From assembly GCA_964016885.1 (NCBI GenBank), contig OZ024742.1, forward strand, positions 31,000,001-31,064,000: a DNA stretch of 64,000 nucleotides. Reading direction: 5' to 3'. This document shows positions 22,965 through 33,796 of the stretch, one piece after another. Position 1 is the stretch's first letter; each line of letters starts with the position of its first letter. The position numbers and the translations under genes were made by a program. The notes beneath the pieces were generated by a model that ran no database searches, was not told where the DNA came from, and saw only the letters and a list, made by a program, of their open reading frames with translations. Source of the stretch: Eledone cirrhosa. Lineage: Eukaryota.

Positions 22965-23059
22965 GTGTATATATATATGTATATATACATATGTATATAT
23001 GTATATATACATATGTATATATACATATGTATATATGTATATATACATATGTATATATG

Positions 23060-23097
<38 letters not shown>

Positions 23098-23561
23098 TAC
23101 CAACACATATATTTAAAATGTAGATGTTCCAGTGTAAATGTATAACAATAGTTAATCTCTATAAATAGTTGAGAAAATGCTGGACAAGGTATACTCAACC
23201 AACTCATGTTCATATAAAGTAACCCTGGACAGAAATATATTAAGATCTAGAGAGGGGTGGGCTCAGCCAAGTTTGAAAGGCCCAAGACACACCGTATGTT
23301 ATGACGGCGTCCCTACGGCAACAAGAGAAGTTAAGGGCCATGCTACCGTTCAATATACAGTGCCGGTTGTGGTTTTGTGTAGACTTCACTACATAATTCG
23401 AGGTTTGGTTTGGTATCAGTTCTGGGCAGTGGGTGCCTGAATATGTAGAGCGTTCAATAGGATTCCTTGCGGTAGTTGTTCAAGTTCTGGTTTACTTGGT
23501 TGATAAACATAATCCATTACCAAGTTTATCACCACTACCTGGCTTTTGGGTGTTTTTAGCA

Positions 23562-23900
23562 GAGTCCATTTCAGTGGTAGACTTAATCTGTCACCCAGTT
23601 TAACAACACCACCTTGCCTTGGGGAAGGGTATTTAGTGGAGTCCATTTCAGTGGTAGACTTAATCTGTCACCCAGTTTAACAACACCACCTTGCCTTGGG
23701 GAAGGGTATTTAGTGGAGTCCATTTCAGTGGTAGACTTAATCTGTCACCCAGTTTAACAGCACCACCTTGCCTTGGGGAGGGGTATTTAGTGGAGTCCAT
23801 TTCAGTGGTAGACTTAATCTGTCACCCAGTTTAACAACACCACCTTGCCTTGGGGAGGGGTATTTAGTGGAGTCCATTTCAGTGGTAGACTTAATCTGTC
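23562..23900. repeat. 77-bp minisatellite, about 4.4 near-identical copies
   Basis: gagtccatttcagtgg starts at 23562, 23639, 23716, 23793 and 23870. Confidence 0.95.
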
Positions 23901-24689
23901 ATGTAGTTGAACACCACCAACTGGTCTTTGTGGGAGAGGGAGTATTAAGTGGAGTCGCTCTGTTGAAAGAATTCAGGTCATATGTCCGGTTAAAGGAGAC
24001 CACCTTCCTTCAATCCCATCTGTCAAGAAAGCCATGAAAAGAGTCATGACCACTGTCCTTGCTTGAACCATAAAAAAACGCCATAAAATACTATGGGGTC
24101 ATCTTTTTCAAAAGCTTCAACCAAATCAAACTATACCCAACCAACTCTTATTCATATAAGAAGCTTTTCCGTACTTGATTAATTGTTGTAAATGTTGTGT
24201 CAGATATTTTCTTCACTATAGGGATGTGATGTGATGTGGTGGCGGTGAAACCGTGCTAGGTAGGGTCTTAGAATGATTCGACAAAAAAAACAAAACAAAC
24301 GTCTTATTATTCTGCATGTAACCCTATCTCTTCCTGAACTTGACAAACGGGTGATGTGATCAATGTATCTCACTCGGGGGTTAAATATATCTCAGCAGGT
24401 CATTTCAGTGGGGAGGGCGAGGAAGAATTTATCTAAGTTCAAGAGGACTGACGAACTGTGGCTAAATATGAGAAAGTATTTTCGGGGGGTGGGGTGGTGG
24501 TGGTGGAGGGAGGAGGATTTCGATAGAAATGACGAACCGTAACTAAATATATGTAAACAAGTAATTTCAGGGGGAAGGGCCAGGAAGGATTTGTTGAATT
24601 TCAAGAGAAATGACGAAACCTCATCTGGTCTGACGAAATTTACGTTACGCCATGACATCAGTTACTTCCATCGCTGTTTGAATTAAATG

Positions 24690-25080
24690 CATGTGCATAC
24701 ACACACACATACATACATACATACATACATACATACACACACATAGACACACACATAAATACACACACACGTATATATATACACACACAGGCATACACAT
24801 GTATATACATATACACACACATGTATATACATACACACAGATATATGCATGTGTATATATATATACACAAACATGTATATACATACACACACAGACATAC
24901 ACATGTATATATATATACACACACATGTATATACATACACACACAGACATATACATGTATATATATATATATACACATACACACACACAGACATACACAT
25001 GTATATATATATACACACATGTATATACATACACACAGACATATCCATGTATATATACACATACACACAGAGACATACAC

Positions 25081-25119
<39 letters not shown>

Positions 25120-25215
25120 TATATATATAGGTGTATGTATATGTATTTATATTGTATGCACATAAACATAAATTTTATCTGTAACAACATCCAGATAATA
25201 ATTAGCAGTCGAAGA

Positions 25216-25305
<90 letters not shown>

Positions 25306-25310
25306 CACAA
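24690..25310. repeat. Compound (ACAT)n/(TA)n/(CA)n microsatellite
   Basis: Direct inspection. Confidence 0.9.
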
Positions 25311-25578
25311 GATAATTAAGAGTTAAATGTGTAAAAACATTCAATACTTCCAAACGTCTGCTATTCATCCGGGATCTGTTTTATCATGGGTTCCATTGCG
25401 TCTTTAGTCATCAGTACAGACGTAACTTTTATCTCATCTCACTTAAGCTTTATCGTCAGATATTTCCGCCTAGTTTCCAGCCTGTTTCTTTTTGTATGAA
25501 CCATTCAAATATTACAAATAGTCCACTAAGTCTGATTTGCAATCTTGAAGTGTACTCTTGTTATCTCTTCGACTACTG

Positions 25579-25623
<45 letters not shown>

Positions 25624-25804
25624 AGTAATTATATATATATATATATATATATATAGATTTTGAGTTTATGTTGGTTGTATACCAACACCTCAGTATGCAG
25701 GCTGGAGCACTCGACGAAGTGCGCAGGTTGGTTTGGTTACTCCGGAATAGTGTAAAATAAAGTTAAATAAAAAGTCAAATGATTAAAATTTAGCTTCGTT
25801 TATT

Positions 25805-25859
25805 ACTGCTATATATATTTCAGTGACAGCCATCTTTGGCTGTGACCTCTTCAGGCAGT
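25805..25859 (-). ncRNA. Minimal type I hammerhead ribozyme (Penelope-associated type)
   Basis: Minus strand: actgc-CTGAAGA-ggtcacagcc(aaagat)ggctgtcact-GAAA-tatatATA-gcagt-aataaa. The core is intact, stem I is 5 bp and stem III is palindromic. Confidence 0.85.
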
Positions 25860-27119
25860 TTGAATTCGTATGGTATAGACAAGTACATATGTTGTTGAGG
25901 TGTATAATATTGTCAATACTCTGATATGCCCAGTTCCTGCTTGGGTTGTTATTTCACTGAGGAACTGGAATCATATGAATTCAAACAAACGAATTTCAGT
26001 GTCAAAGGTCCTCTTCTCCTCTCATTGGTCAGTTATTAGAACATTCCTCATTCTAAGTGTTGTTATTGTTGGAGTTAGCTTAAAAAATTGATAAAATGGT
26101 AGAAGGGACAAGGTGTTAAAGGAACAAAATAACAAAAAAAGTGTCAAACTTCCCATTGGTCAGTTCTGAGAGCATTCCTCAGTCAGAAGTCTATAGAATT
26201 CTTTCTGGGGTGAGGCTCCTTGTAGTGTTTTTGTTTGCTATTGTTAAGTACATTTGACCTCTACCATTATTTTGGTAGTGTTGTTGGTGTTGTGGTCAGC
26301 TTATATCTTGCTGCTGCTAACAATTTAGAAGTATCCAGTGTGTGTTTTTTCTTCATCCCTCCTGCCACCATCTCTCATAGTGGTGGTGGGTGGTGGTGGT
26401 GGTGGGGTTCTTCCATGTATATGAAGAAATATAAGGCAATAAATGAAGAAAACAGAAAATAAATAAATAATATAATAAAATAATTAATATAATTTGTATA
26501 ATTTGAAAATAAATAAATAAATAGAGAATAAAGAATAAAGAATAAATGAAAAATTGGTGAAAAAGTAATGAAAATGAATATGGAGAAGTGAAAAATAGTG
26601 TAGGATAATGTGTGTGTGCTATAACCAATCTCAAGGTCAGAAATATGTTGGATAGATTGGTATGAAGACAAGATGTTAAAATAAGATAATCAAACTAAAT
26701 GTGTTTGTGTTATAATCAATCTCAACTTAAAAATAAATATAAGGTGATACAGTGAAGAGGGCAGAAAACAAATAACAAATTAATAAAGAGAAATCAAGAT
26801 TTAAAATTGGAACTTGAAAATCAGAAATCTAGTAAATTAAAAAGTGTTTGTGTTATATAGATGTTGGCCAAATTATAATGGCTGTGTCCGATTCTATCTC
26901 TAGGCTATCATGGTGTCTGCTCAGCCTGGGTTGTTCCCTATGGCTTGAGGGGAGTTCACAACCTAGGGTGTTGTTACTGCCCATATAGCTTGAGGGAGGT
27001 CTGGCCGAGAGGTGTTTTCATGTTCTGTAGAAGTCCCTATAGCTTGACGGGAGTTCACATCTTCTTGTGTTGCTACTGTCCATATATCTTGTGAAATGCA
27101 GACACCTTAGAGCCAGGAC

Positions 27120-27857
27120 CTTTCTGTCCTCTGTTTCAGGTCGTCAAGCAATGAGCACAGAGCAACGAACAAACTTGAAAACTCCGTCAGAAGCACTGGG
27201 ATTGCTGCAGCAAGTGTATGGAGATGAGACGATGTCACGCTCACGTGTTTTTGAGTGGTGCAAGATGTTTAAAGAAGGACGCGAGGACGTGGAAGATGAC
27301 CCCAGGAGCGGAAGGCCCTCAACAACCAGGACTGAGGTCAACGTTGAGCGCGTCAGGCAGATGGTGCGTAGCGATCGTCGGCTGGCTGTTCGACTGATGG
27401 CAAATGATCTGGGCATGAATCGGGACAGCGTCTGGAAGATTCTCACTGAAGATTTGGACATGCGGAAAGTCTGCGGGAAGATGGTGCCAAAACTGCTGAA
27501 CGATGACCAGAAGGGTCGACGCATGCAAGTGTGCCAGGACATCCTCAAGCGTCTTGAAACCGAACCAGACTTGCTAGGGACAGTCATCACCGGTGATGAG
27601 TTATGGATCTTCGAGTACGACCCGCAGGGGACCCGTTTTGAAGACGTGGACGACATCAAAAAGGCCATGACGACGGAACTGCGGAGGATCTCGGAAGAAT
27701 CCTTCCAGAAGTGCATGCAAGAGTGGCAGAAAAAGATGGAAAAGTGCATTAGACTCCAGGGGGATTACTTTGAAGGAGAAAACTCTTAGTGTGAAGTTTG
27801 GGTTTGAAATAAATCTTTTGTGACATCAGTCCTGGAACTTTTCTGACCCCCCTCGTA
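27120..27857 (+). mobile_element. Mariner-family transposon, internally deleted
   Basis: HTH region (VFEWCKMFKEGRE..DDPRSGRPS), MVPKLL, and the first catalytic motif ITGDELW fused directly to the C-terminal QGTRF..CIRLQGDYFE. The right TIR ends ..ctgaccccctcg-TA; no left TIR is seen. Confidence 0.92.
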
Positions 27858-28054
27858 TATATATCACAAAATATAGATCGAAATAAATTATTTCAGTCTT
27901 ATTATACCATAAAAAGCTGGATGAGCATTAAGGGCTAAAATCGAAATTTTCAGAGCACCATTCACAAAAATATTAATGAAGTATAATAATATAGTAAAAC
28001 AAACCAAACAAACCATAGTAAGCAAGTATTTTTGTTAACTATATATATATATAT

Positions 28055-28151
28055 AGGACCCCGACGGCTGAGCTCCGGCCGTTTCGACAGCTAGATCCGA
28101 ACAGTTCGGATCTAGCTGTCGAAACGACCGGAGCTCAGCCGTCGGGGTCCT
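28055..28151. repeat. 97-bp near-perfect palindrome containing the 3' half of a hammerhead motif
   Basis: 48-bp arms around base 28103 with one mismatch; the arms read GAAAcggc(cggagctca)gccGTC-ggggtcc. Confidence 0.8.
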
Positions 28152-28160
28152 GACTCTTTT

Positions 28161-28201
<41 letters not shown>

Positions 28202-28344
28202 GAAAAGTGTAATTTACTACACAAAACAAAGGTTATAGAGAAAATTGAGGTTGGTAATGGCACATGGAATATATAAGAGACAGAATACTTTTTTGTGAAA
28301 AAACATATAATTTTATAAGGTAAGGAAATAATAAAGGGTATAAA

Positions 28345-28390
28345 AAATGACCGGTTTCGATGGGTCTGCAAAAGCCATCTTTTCAAATGT
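28345..28390 (-). ncRNA. Degenerate hammerhead motif
   Basis: Minus strand: ttgaaaa (mutated CTGANGA)-gatgg..ccatc-GAAA-ccgGTC, with palindromic stem III accggt. Confidence 0.45.
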
Positions 28391-28699
28391 TGATTAATAT
28401 TAAGAAAAATTAATAATAAGAAGAGTTAAAATTTGAGATTTGAAAATTCAAGTATAAAATTCATTGTGGGATTTCATAGCAGTTTTCATCTTGGTAGCCG
28501 CAAGTTGACTGCTGTGTGCCTTTCTGGTAGTGAATGAGAAGTTATTTGGGGGTGTGGGTTATTTTATAAAGGTCAGATTTAGCAATGGCCAGATGGCCAG
28601 CTGCTGGTCAGTGAGGGGGTGGAAGCAATATACATACATATATCTTCCTGTGGTCGGTAGGAGAGGGGAGATTGATAGAAAGGGATTTAGTGCACTTAC

Positions 28700-28753
28700 A
28701 CCTATATATACACACATACCTTCATCCACACATACATACATATACATATACAT

Positions 28754-28828
<75 letters not shown>

Positions 28829-28965
28829 CACACATACATACACACACACATACATATACATACACACATACACACACACATATATGCGCATACACACACA
28901 TATATATATATACACACACACACATATATATATACATACACATACATCCAGATACACACATACAT

Positions 28966-29001
<36 letters not shown>

Positions 29002-29139
29002 GTGTACATACTCATATATACACACATATACATACACATATATATACACACACCCACACATACATACACACACACACATATATATACATACACACATACA
29101 AACACACACATACACACACATATATACACATACACACAC

Positions 29140-29170
<31 letters not shown>

Positions 29171-29203
29171 TATATATACACATACGCATACATCCAGATA
29201 CAC

Positions 29204-29252
<49 letters not shown>

Positions 29253-29365
29253 ACATACATCCACATGCACACACATACAGACACACACACACATATACAC
29301 ATACATACACCCACACACAGAGAAATGGCCTCCAAATATATATATATACATACATACACATATTT
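28700..29365. repeat. Compound (TA)n/(CA)n microsatellite
   Basis: Direct inspection. Confidence 0.9.
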
Positions 29366-29686
29366 TTTCCATAATATAAGAAGTTAGGACAGTGAAATTA
29401 AAATACAAGTCATTCTGATCACATTGAGTTCTTCATGTAGATTGGGCCCCGCAACCGACAGTGGTGAATTCTGTGTGCGCATATATATATAGATATATGT
29501 GTGTGCACGTGCAGGGTTTAACATGGATGTGTTGGTCACACAAAGGCATGGTCTGTCAACGAATAAACCTGATTCTACAGAATTGGTCTCTGGTCTTTAA
29601 TAGTAGTGATAATTATATACATGCACACATACAAACACATATATCTGTCACTCCGTGCGTATGTGTGTTTATATTTTATGACAATT

Positions 29687-32263
29687 CTATTGGGATGATA
29701 ACCCGTTTAGTTTTGGTTTAAATTTGTTAAGGAATAGATTTTCTTTGTTTATTCTTTGTTGCTGTGTGAACGAATCTGAGCACTTGTAGAAGGGGAAGAT
29801 TTTAAAGTTGGGTAGTGTCATTCCTGCGCAGTTCGCAATATGGCTGCTCAAGGGGATTTTTCTTGTGTTAGCGTCCCGGATTTGTTGGCGGTGGATGGTC
29901 ATTTTTTTGCGTAATGAGGTGCCCGTCTGTTCTATGTAGTTGTGTTTGCACCCACCGCAAGTTATTGCGTAAATCAAGTTCTCCGAGTTGCAGGTGAAAT
30001 TGTTTTTTACTGTAAATGTTTGGCCATCTTTAAATGTAAATTTTTGTCCTTCAGTGAGGTAGAGGCACGTTCCACAGTTTGCTCTACCACATTTGGTAAC
30101 TGTAGGGTTGAGGATTGGTTTGGGTATATTTGGTCCAGTGAGAATGCGTTTTAGTGATTTGGGTTGTCTTTTACTTTTAAGGATCTTGTGTGTTTCAAGA
30201 ATAGACTTCATTTTTACATCTTTAAGTAGGATGGGGAGGTTTTTGTGTAGGTGATCAAACATTTCGGTATTTCTGGGGTTGAAAGTGGATACATATGGCA
30301 GGGTGTTGAGTGTGGTTTTCTGTTTTGGATTGTTAAGTTGATGGGGATTTAGATGTTTTGCCCTGTCTATTCCATTGTTGATTATTTCAATTGGAAAGGC
30401 TCTTAAGATAAGGGTGTCTTTTAGTTCCTTTAGTCTTTGCTCCCGTTTAGGTGGATCTGATACTATGGTACATATACGTTTGGCCAAATTGTAAGGAATG
30501 TTAAGTTTTGTATGTTTTGGGTGACTTGATGTGAAAAAGAGGTATTGCTTGGAATCTGTGGGTTTATAGAATATATCTGTATCTAATTTCCCGTCTATTA
30601 CAGAGATGAGAATATTCAAGAAGGCTAATTCCTTGGGATTGGATTCCATTGTGAATTGTATGTTATTATCTATGTTGTTTATCATGTTTTTAAACATAGT
30701 AAGTGAGTTCATGTCTTCTTGCCATAGGATAAAGCAGTCGTCTAGATATCTTTTCCAATTGGCTTTGAGGTGTGTGTGGAAAGAGTCTCCAAATAAGAGA
30801 AGGGACTGACTGTATATTTGTTGTTCATGGAATCCCATGACTAGGTTGGCATATGTGGGTGCTACTTTCGTGCCCATTGCCGTACCTGATACTTGTCTGT
30901 ATGTTGAACCATTGAATGTGAAGTAGTTATTTTGTAGGATAAAGCGGAGTCCGTCAGTGATAAAATCTTTGTTGATGCGTGTCGATATTTCTGATGGGTG
31001 TGTGTTAAGCCAGTATTGGACTGCTGTTATTCCATAGTTGTGAGGTATGTTTGTGTAGAGGTTTATTACGTCAAAGGAGACAAGAATTGTATTTGCACTT
31101 ACTGTTTTAGGGAGGTGTTTCAGCATGTCAAGGTCATCTCGTATGTAGCTCTGTATATGTTGTAGAAAGGGTTTCAGTAGGATGTCCAGAAAGTTGCTAA
31201 GTCTGTGGGTTTCACATGTAGGGCCTGCTATAATTGGCCTGAGTTTTAGGTCTTCTGGTGGTGTTAGTTCAATGTAATTGTTGGTTGAGGTGTCACATGC
31301 ATCGTTTATGGGTTTACATTTGTGGAGTTTCGGTAAGCCGTAAAAAGAGCTTGTATTGCATTTGAAGTGGCTTATATAGTTAAACTCTTTTGTGGTTAAG
31401 CTGTTGCGGTATTTATTCAGTAAGGTCAAAAGGTTCCCCATTGTTTTGGTGTGTTTGTAGTTTTCTGTTTTTTCATAGTATGTGTTGTTTTCTAAAATGT
31501 TAAGTGCGAGGGTCCTATAGTAGTCCGTATTCATAATGACAACAGTACTGCCTTTATCGGCTTCTTTGATAGTTATCTCAGGGTTGTTTCTAAGTGTGAA
31601 TAATTCTTCCCATTCGTGTGTAGATAGGTTTGATTTCGTGTGTTTATTTGTAATTTTTTCATAGGGAAAGTTGGTGATGTGTTCGCAGTACGTGTCCAGT
31701 GCTTTATTTCTTCCCTTTTGTGGGCAGAAATTGCTTTTATTTCTAACCAGTGATTCGTCTTCAGTGTTGGTGCCGTTGTGGAAGAATTCCGTTAGTCGCA
31801 GCTTTCGGCAGTATTCCATGATGTCATCCTTCATTTCGGGGAAGTTTGGTTTACGTGGTGTAGGTGTAAATTTCAGGCCCTTACTTAAAATGTTGATTTG
31901 TGTGTTGGTTAGAGGTGTCTTTGAGAGGTTGATTATTTTTGGTTTCTCCCGAGGGGGGGGGGGGGGGCATCGAGTATCCTGGTATTTCAGGCTTTTCCCT
32001 AAAAAAGGAATGTAGTTTTGTGTGTGATTATATTTTGTTGGTCTGTTGCGTGTGGGTCTGTAGCTTGTTGTTTCATGAGGGTGAATGTGATGGTGGGGGG
32101 TGGTATGTGTTGTGGTTGTTGATGAGCAAGGGTTCTGTTGTTGGTTCATGTGGTCTGGGTGCGTTATTTCTGTGGTACAGAGTGTTGAGGTTGGGGGGTT
32201 GTCTTTTGTTGGATTGAGGGTGATGTCTGGTGTGGTTGTGGGTAAGTTCTGTTGTGATTTCAA
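29687..32263 (-). CDS. Penelope-like element RT + GIY-YIG polyprotein (Neptune-like), open but probably impaired
   Basis: IINLS..KGLKFTPTP, KEADKGS, FYGLPKLHK, LRPII, SFDVINLYTNIP, GTAMGT, RYLDD, FYKPT, the CGRANCGTC linker, LIYAITC..C..YIEQT (G of YIG replaced by E) and PKLN. Confidence 0.93.
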   Translation of the reverse strand: MKSQQNLPTTTPDITLNPTKDNPPTSTLCTTEITHPDHMNQQQNPCSSTTTTHTTPHHHIHPHETTSYRPTRNRPTKYNHTQNYIPFLGKSLKYQDTRCPPPPPREKPKIINLSKTPLTNTQINILSKGLKFTPTPRKPNFPEMKDDIMEYCRKLRLTEFFHNGTNTEDESLVRNKSNFCPQKGRNKALDTYCEHITNFPYEKITNKHTKSNLSTHEWEELFTLRNNPEITIKEADKGSTVVIMNTDYYRTLALNILENNTYYEKTENYKHTKTMGNLLTLLNKYRNSLTTKEFNYISHFKCNTSSFYGLPKLHKCKPINDACDTSTNNYIELTPPEDLKLRPIIAGPTCETHRLSNFLDILLKPFLQHIQSYIRDDLDMLKHLPKTVSANTILVSFDVINLYTNIPHNYGITAVQYWLNTHPSEISTRINKDFITDGLRFILQNNYFTFNGSTYRQVSGTAMGTKVAPTYANLVMGFHEQQIYSQSLLLFGDSFHTHLKANWKRYLDDCFILWQEDMNSLTMFKNMINNIDNNIQFTMESNPKELAFLNILISVIDGKLDTDIFYKPTDSKQYLFFTSSHPKHTKLNIPYNLAKRICTIVSDPPKREQRLKELKDTLILRAFPIEIINNGIDRAKHLNPHQLNNPKQKTTLNTLPYVSTFNPRNTEMFDHLHKNLPILLKDVKMKSILETHKILKSKRQPKSLKRILTGPNIPKPILNPTVTKCGRANCGTCLYLTEGQKFTFKDGQTFTVKNNFTCNSENLIYAITCGGCKHNYIEQTGTSLRKKMTIHRQQIRDANTRKIPLSSHIANCAGMTLPNFKIFPFYKCSDSFTQQQRINKENLFLNKFKPKLNGLSSQ

Positions 32264-33161
32264 GTGGTCTGGGTGGATTTCTTCTGAGGAATGTGGTGTG
32301 TGTGTTGTGATTTGGATCTATGTTATTTCGTCGTTGGTTTATGTAGGGGGCATTTCTACGGAAACCTGTGTTGTGGTGGTTGGGTGTGTTTCTTTTGGTG
32401 TAGTTGGCCGTATTTGGTTTGTGTTGGTGGGGGATGTGCCTGTGGTTAGTGTGTGTTGGGTTTGGTGGTGTAAATGTGTCTGTTGTAGTTCTTGTTATGT
32501 TCAAATGCTTTATAAAGGGGTTACCTGTTTGGTGCGTCCTTTTAAAGTCTTCTTCATATTTGAGGAACCAGTTTTCGGATTTTTCACACCGTTTAAGGGA
32601 AATAATTTCTGCATTCTCGCAGTCCTGTTTCCACGATTTGATTAAAGTTTGTAGGGTTGTTCCCTCGGCCTTTTTAGTGCATTCTTCCTCCATATTTTTA
32701 TCAGTATCCTTATACTCTTGCTCGTTGGAGGTGGCCCTTAATTTTAGGAGTTCTATTTCCATGTTTATCCTGTTGAGTGACATTTGTTCACGGAGTTTTC
32801 TTTCTGGTTCAGGTTCGTTTGTAATATGCTTTATTTGGAATTTACGTGGTAAAACTATCGGTGTTGAGTTAATCCATTTTTGGTAAATTCCAGCTTTGTT
32901 GAGGTTTTTTATCATATTCCAGAAAGTGAATTTTCTGGTTTTTAGATGTTTTTTCCAGAGGTGTCCCATTTGGTTTTTGATATGGAGCAATGTCGTCTGT
33001 TCTGTGTTGGTATTCATAAGTTTTTCGATGGAGTTGCATACGTTTTGAACGTTTAAATAAATTTGGTTGTCAGTCGGTGTGGTGGTTTGGGGTATATCCT
33101 GTTTTTTTGTCAGAATGGTGAGTTTTCCATTTATCTCTTTTAGGATTTTCAGGATTTCCTC

Positions 33162-33164
<3 letters not shown>
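32073..33164 (-). CDS. Upstream ORF / N-terminal region of the Penelope-like element, 5'-truncated at (TA)n
   Basis: About 360 open codons of charged, helical-looking sequence followed by a His/Asn/Thr/Pro-rich tail. It overlaps the RT ORF by about 190 nt. The part of the track ORF beyond 33164 is microsatellite and MITE. Confidence 0.6.
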
Positions 33165-33260
<96 letters not shown>

Positions 33261-33455
33261 TGAGGGTCGGCTCAAAAGTTCATTGTCTGACTGAATGAAT
33301 GATGCAAGAGCTGTGAAATCTTGCATCATTAATTTCAAATTTTCTTGTTTATAACTGCATTGTTTCTTTCCAGGGACTATGTTGAAAAATAAACCTCATT
33401 TGGTCATCTCATGAGAGTATCTTGGTCAGCCTATGAACTTTTCAGACGACTCTCG
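33261..33455. mobile_element. Mariner-type MITE, copy 1
   Basis: TIRs tgagggtcggctcaaaagttcat / atgaacttttcagacgactctcg; an inverted homolog lies at 38421-38609. Confidence 0.8.
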
Positions 33456-33490
33456 CGCGCGTTTGTGGATATTTATATATACGTCTTAGA

Positions 33491-33562
<72 letters not shown>

Positions 33563-33796
33563 GGTGACCCCTATTTTTCAACTGTCTAAAAGTTTATCTC
33601 CGACCCCCTATCTTGTTTCAATTAACAAAAATCCAATCTATGAAAAAGTTTAGCTCAAGTGGACAACTGCAAGACGACCCTACTCGACCGTGAAAGTTTG
33701 AAGTTTTCACCCGGAAAGTCATTTTTTCAGATAAAATGTTTTTTATCTCTTATATAATTTTTTCTTAAATTAAAAACTTGTTCAGACTTATTCTTG

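Noticed and set aside
24605-24645. Hammerhead at gaaacctcatctggtctgacga
   Set aside because: The core boxes overlap in an impossible order, with no stem I or II.
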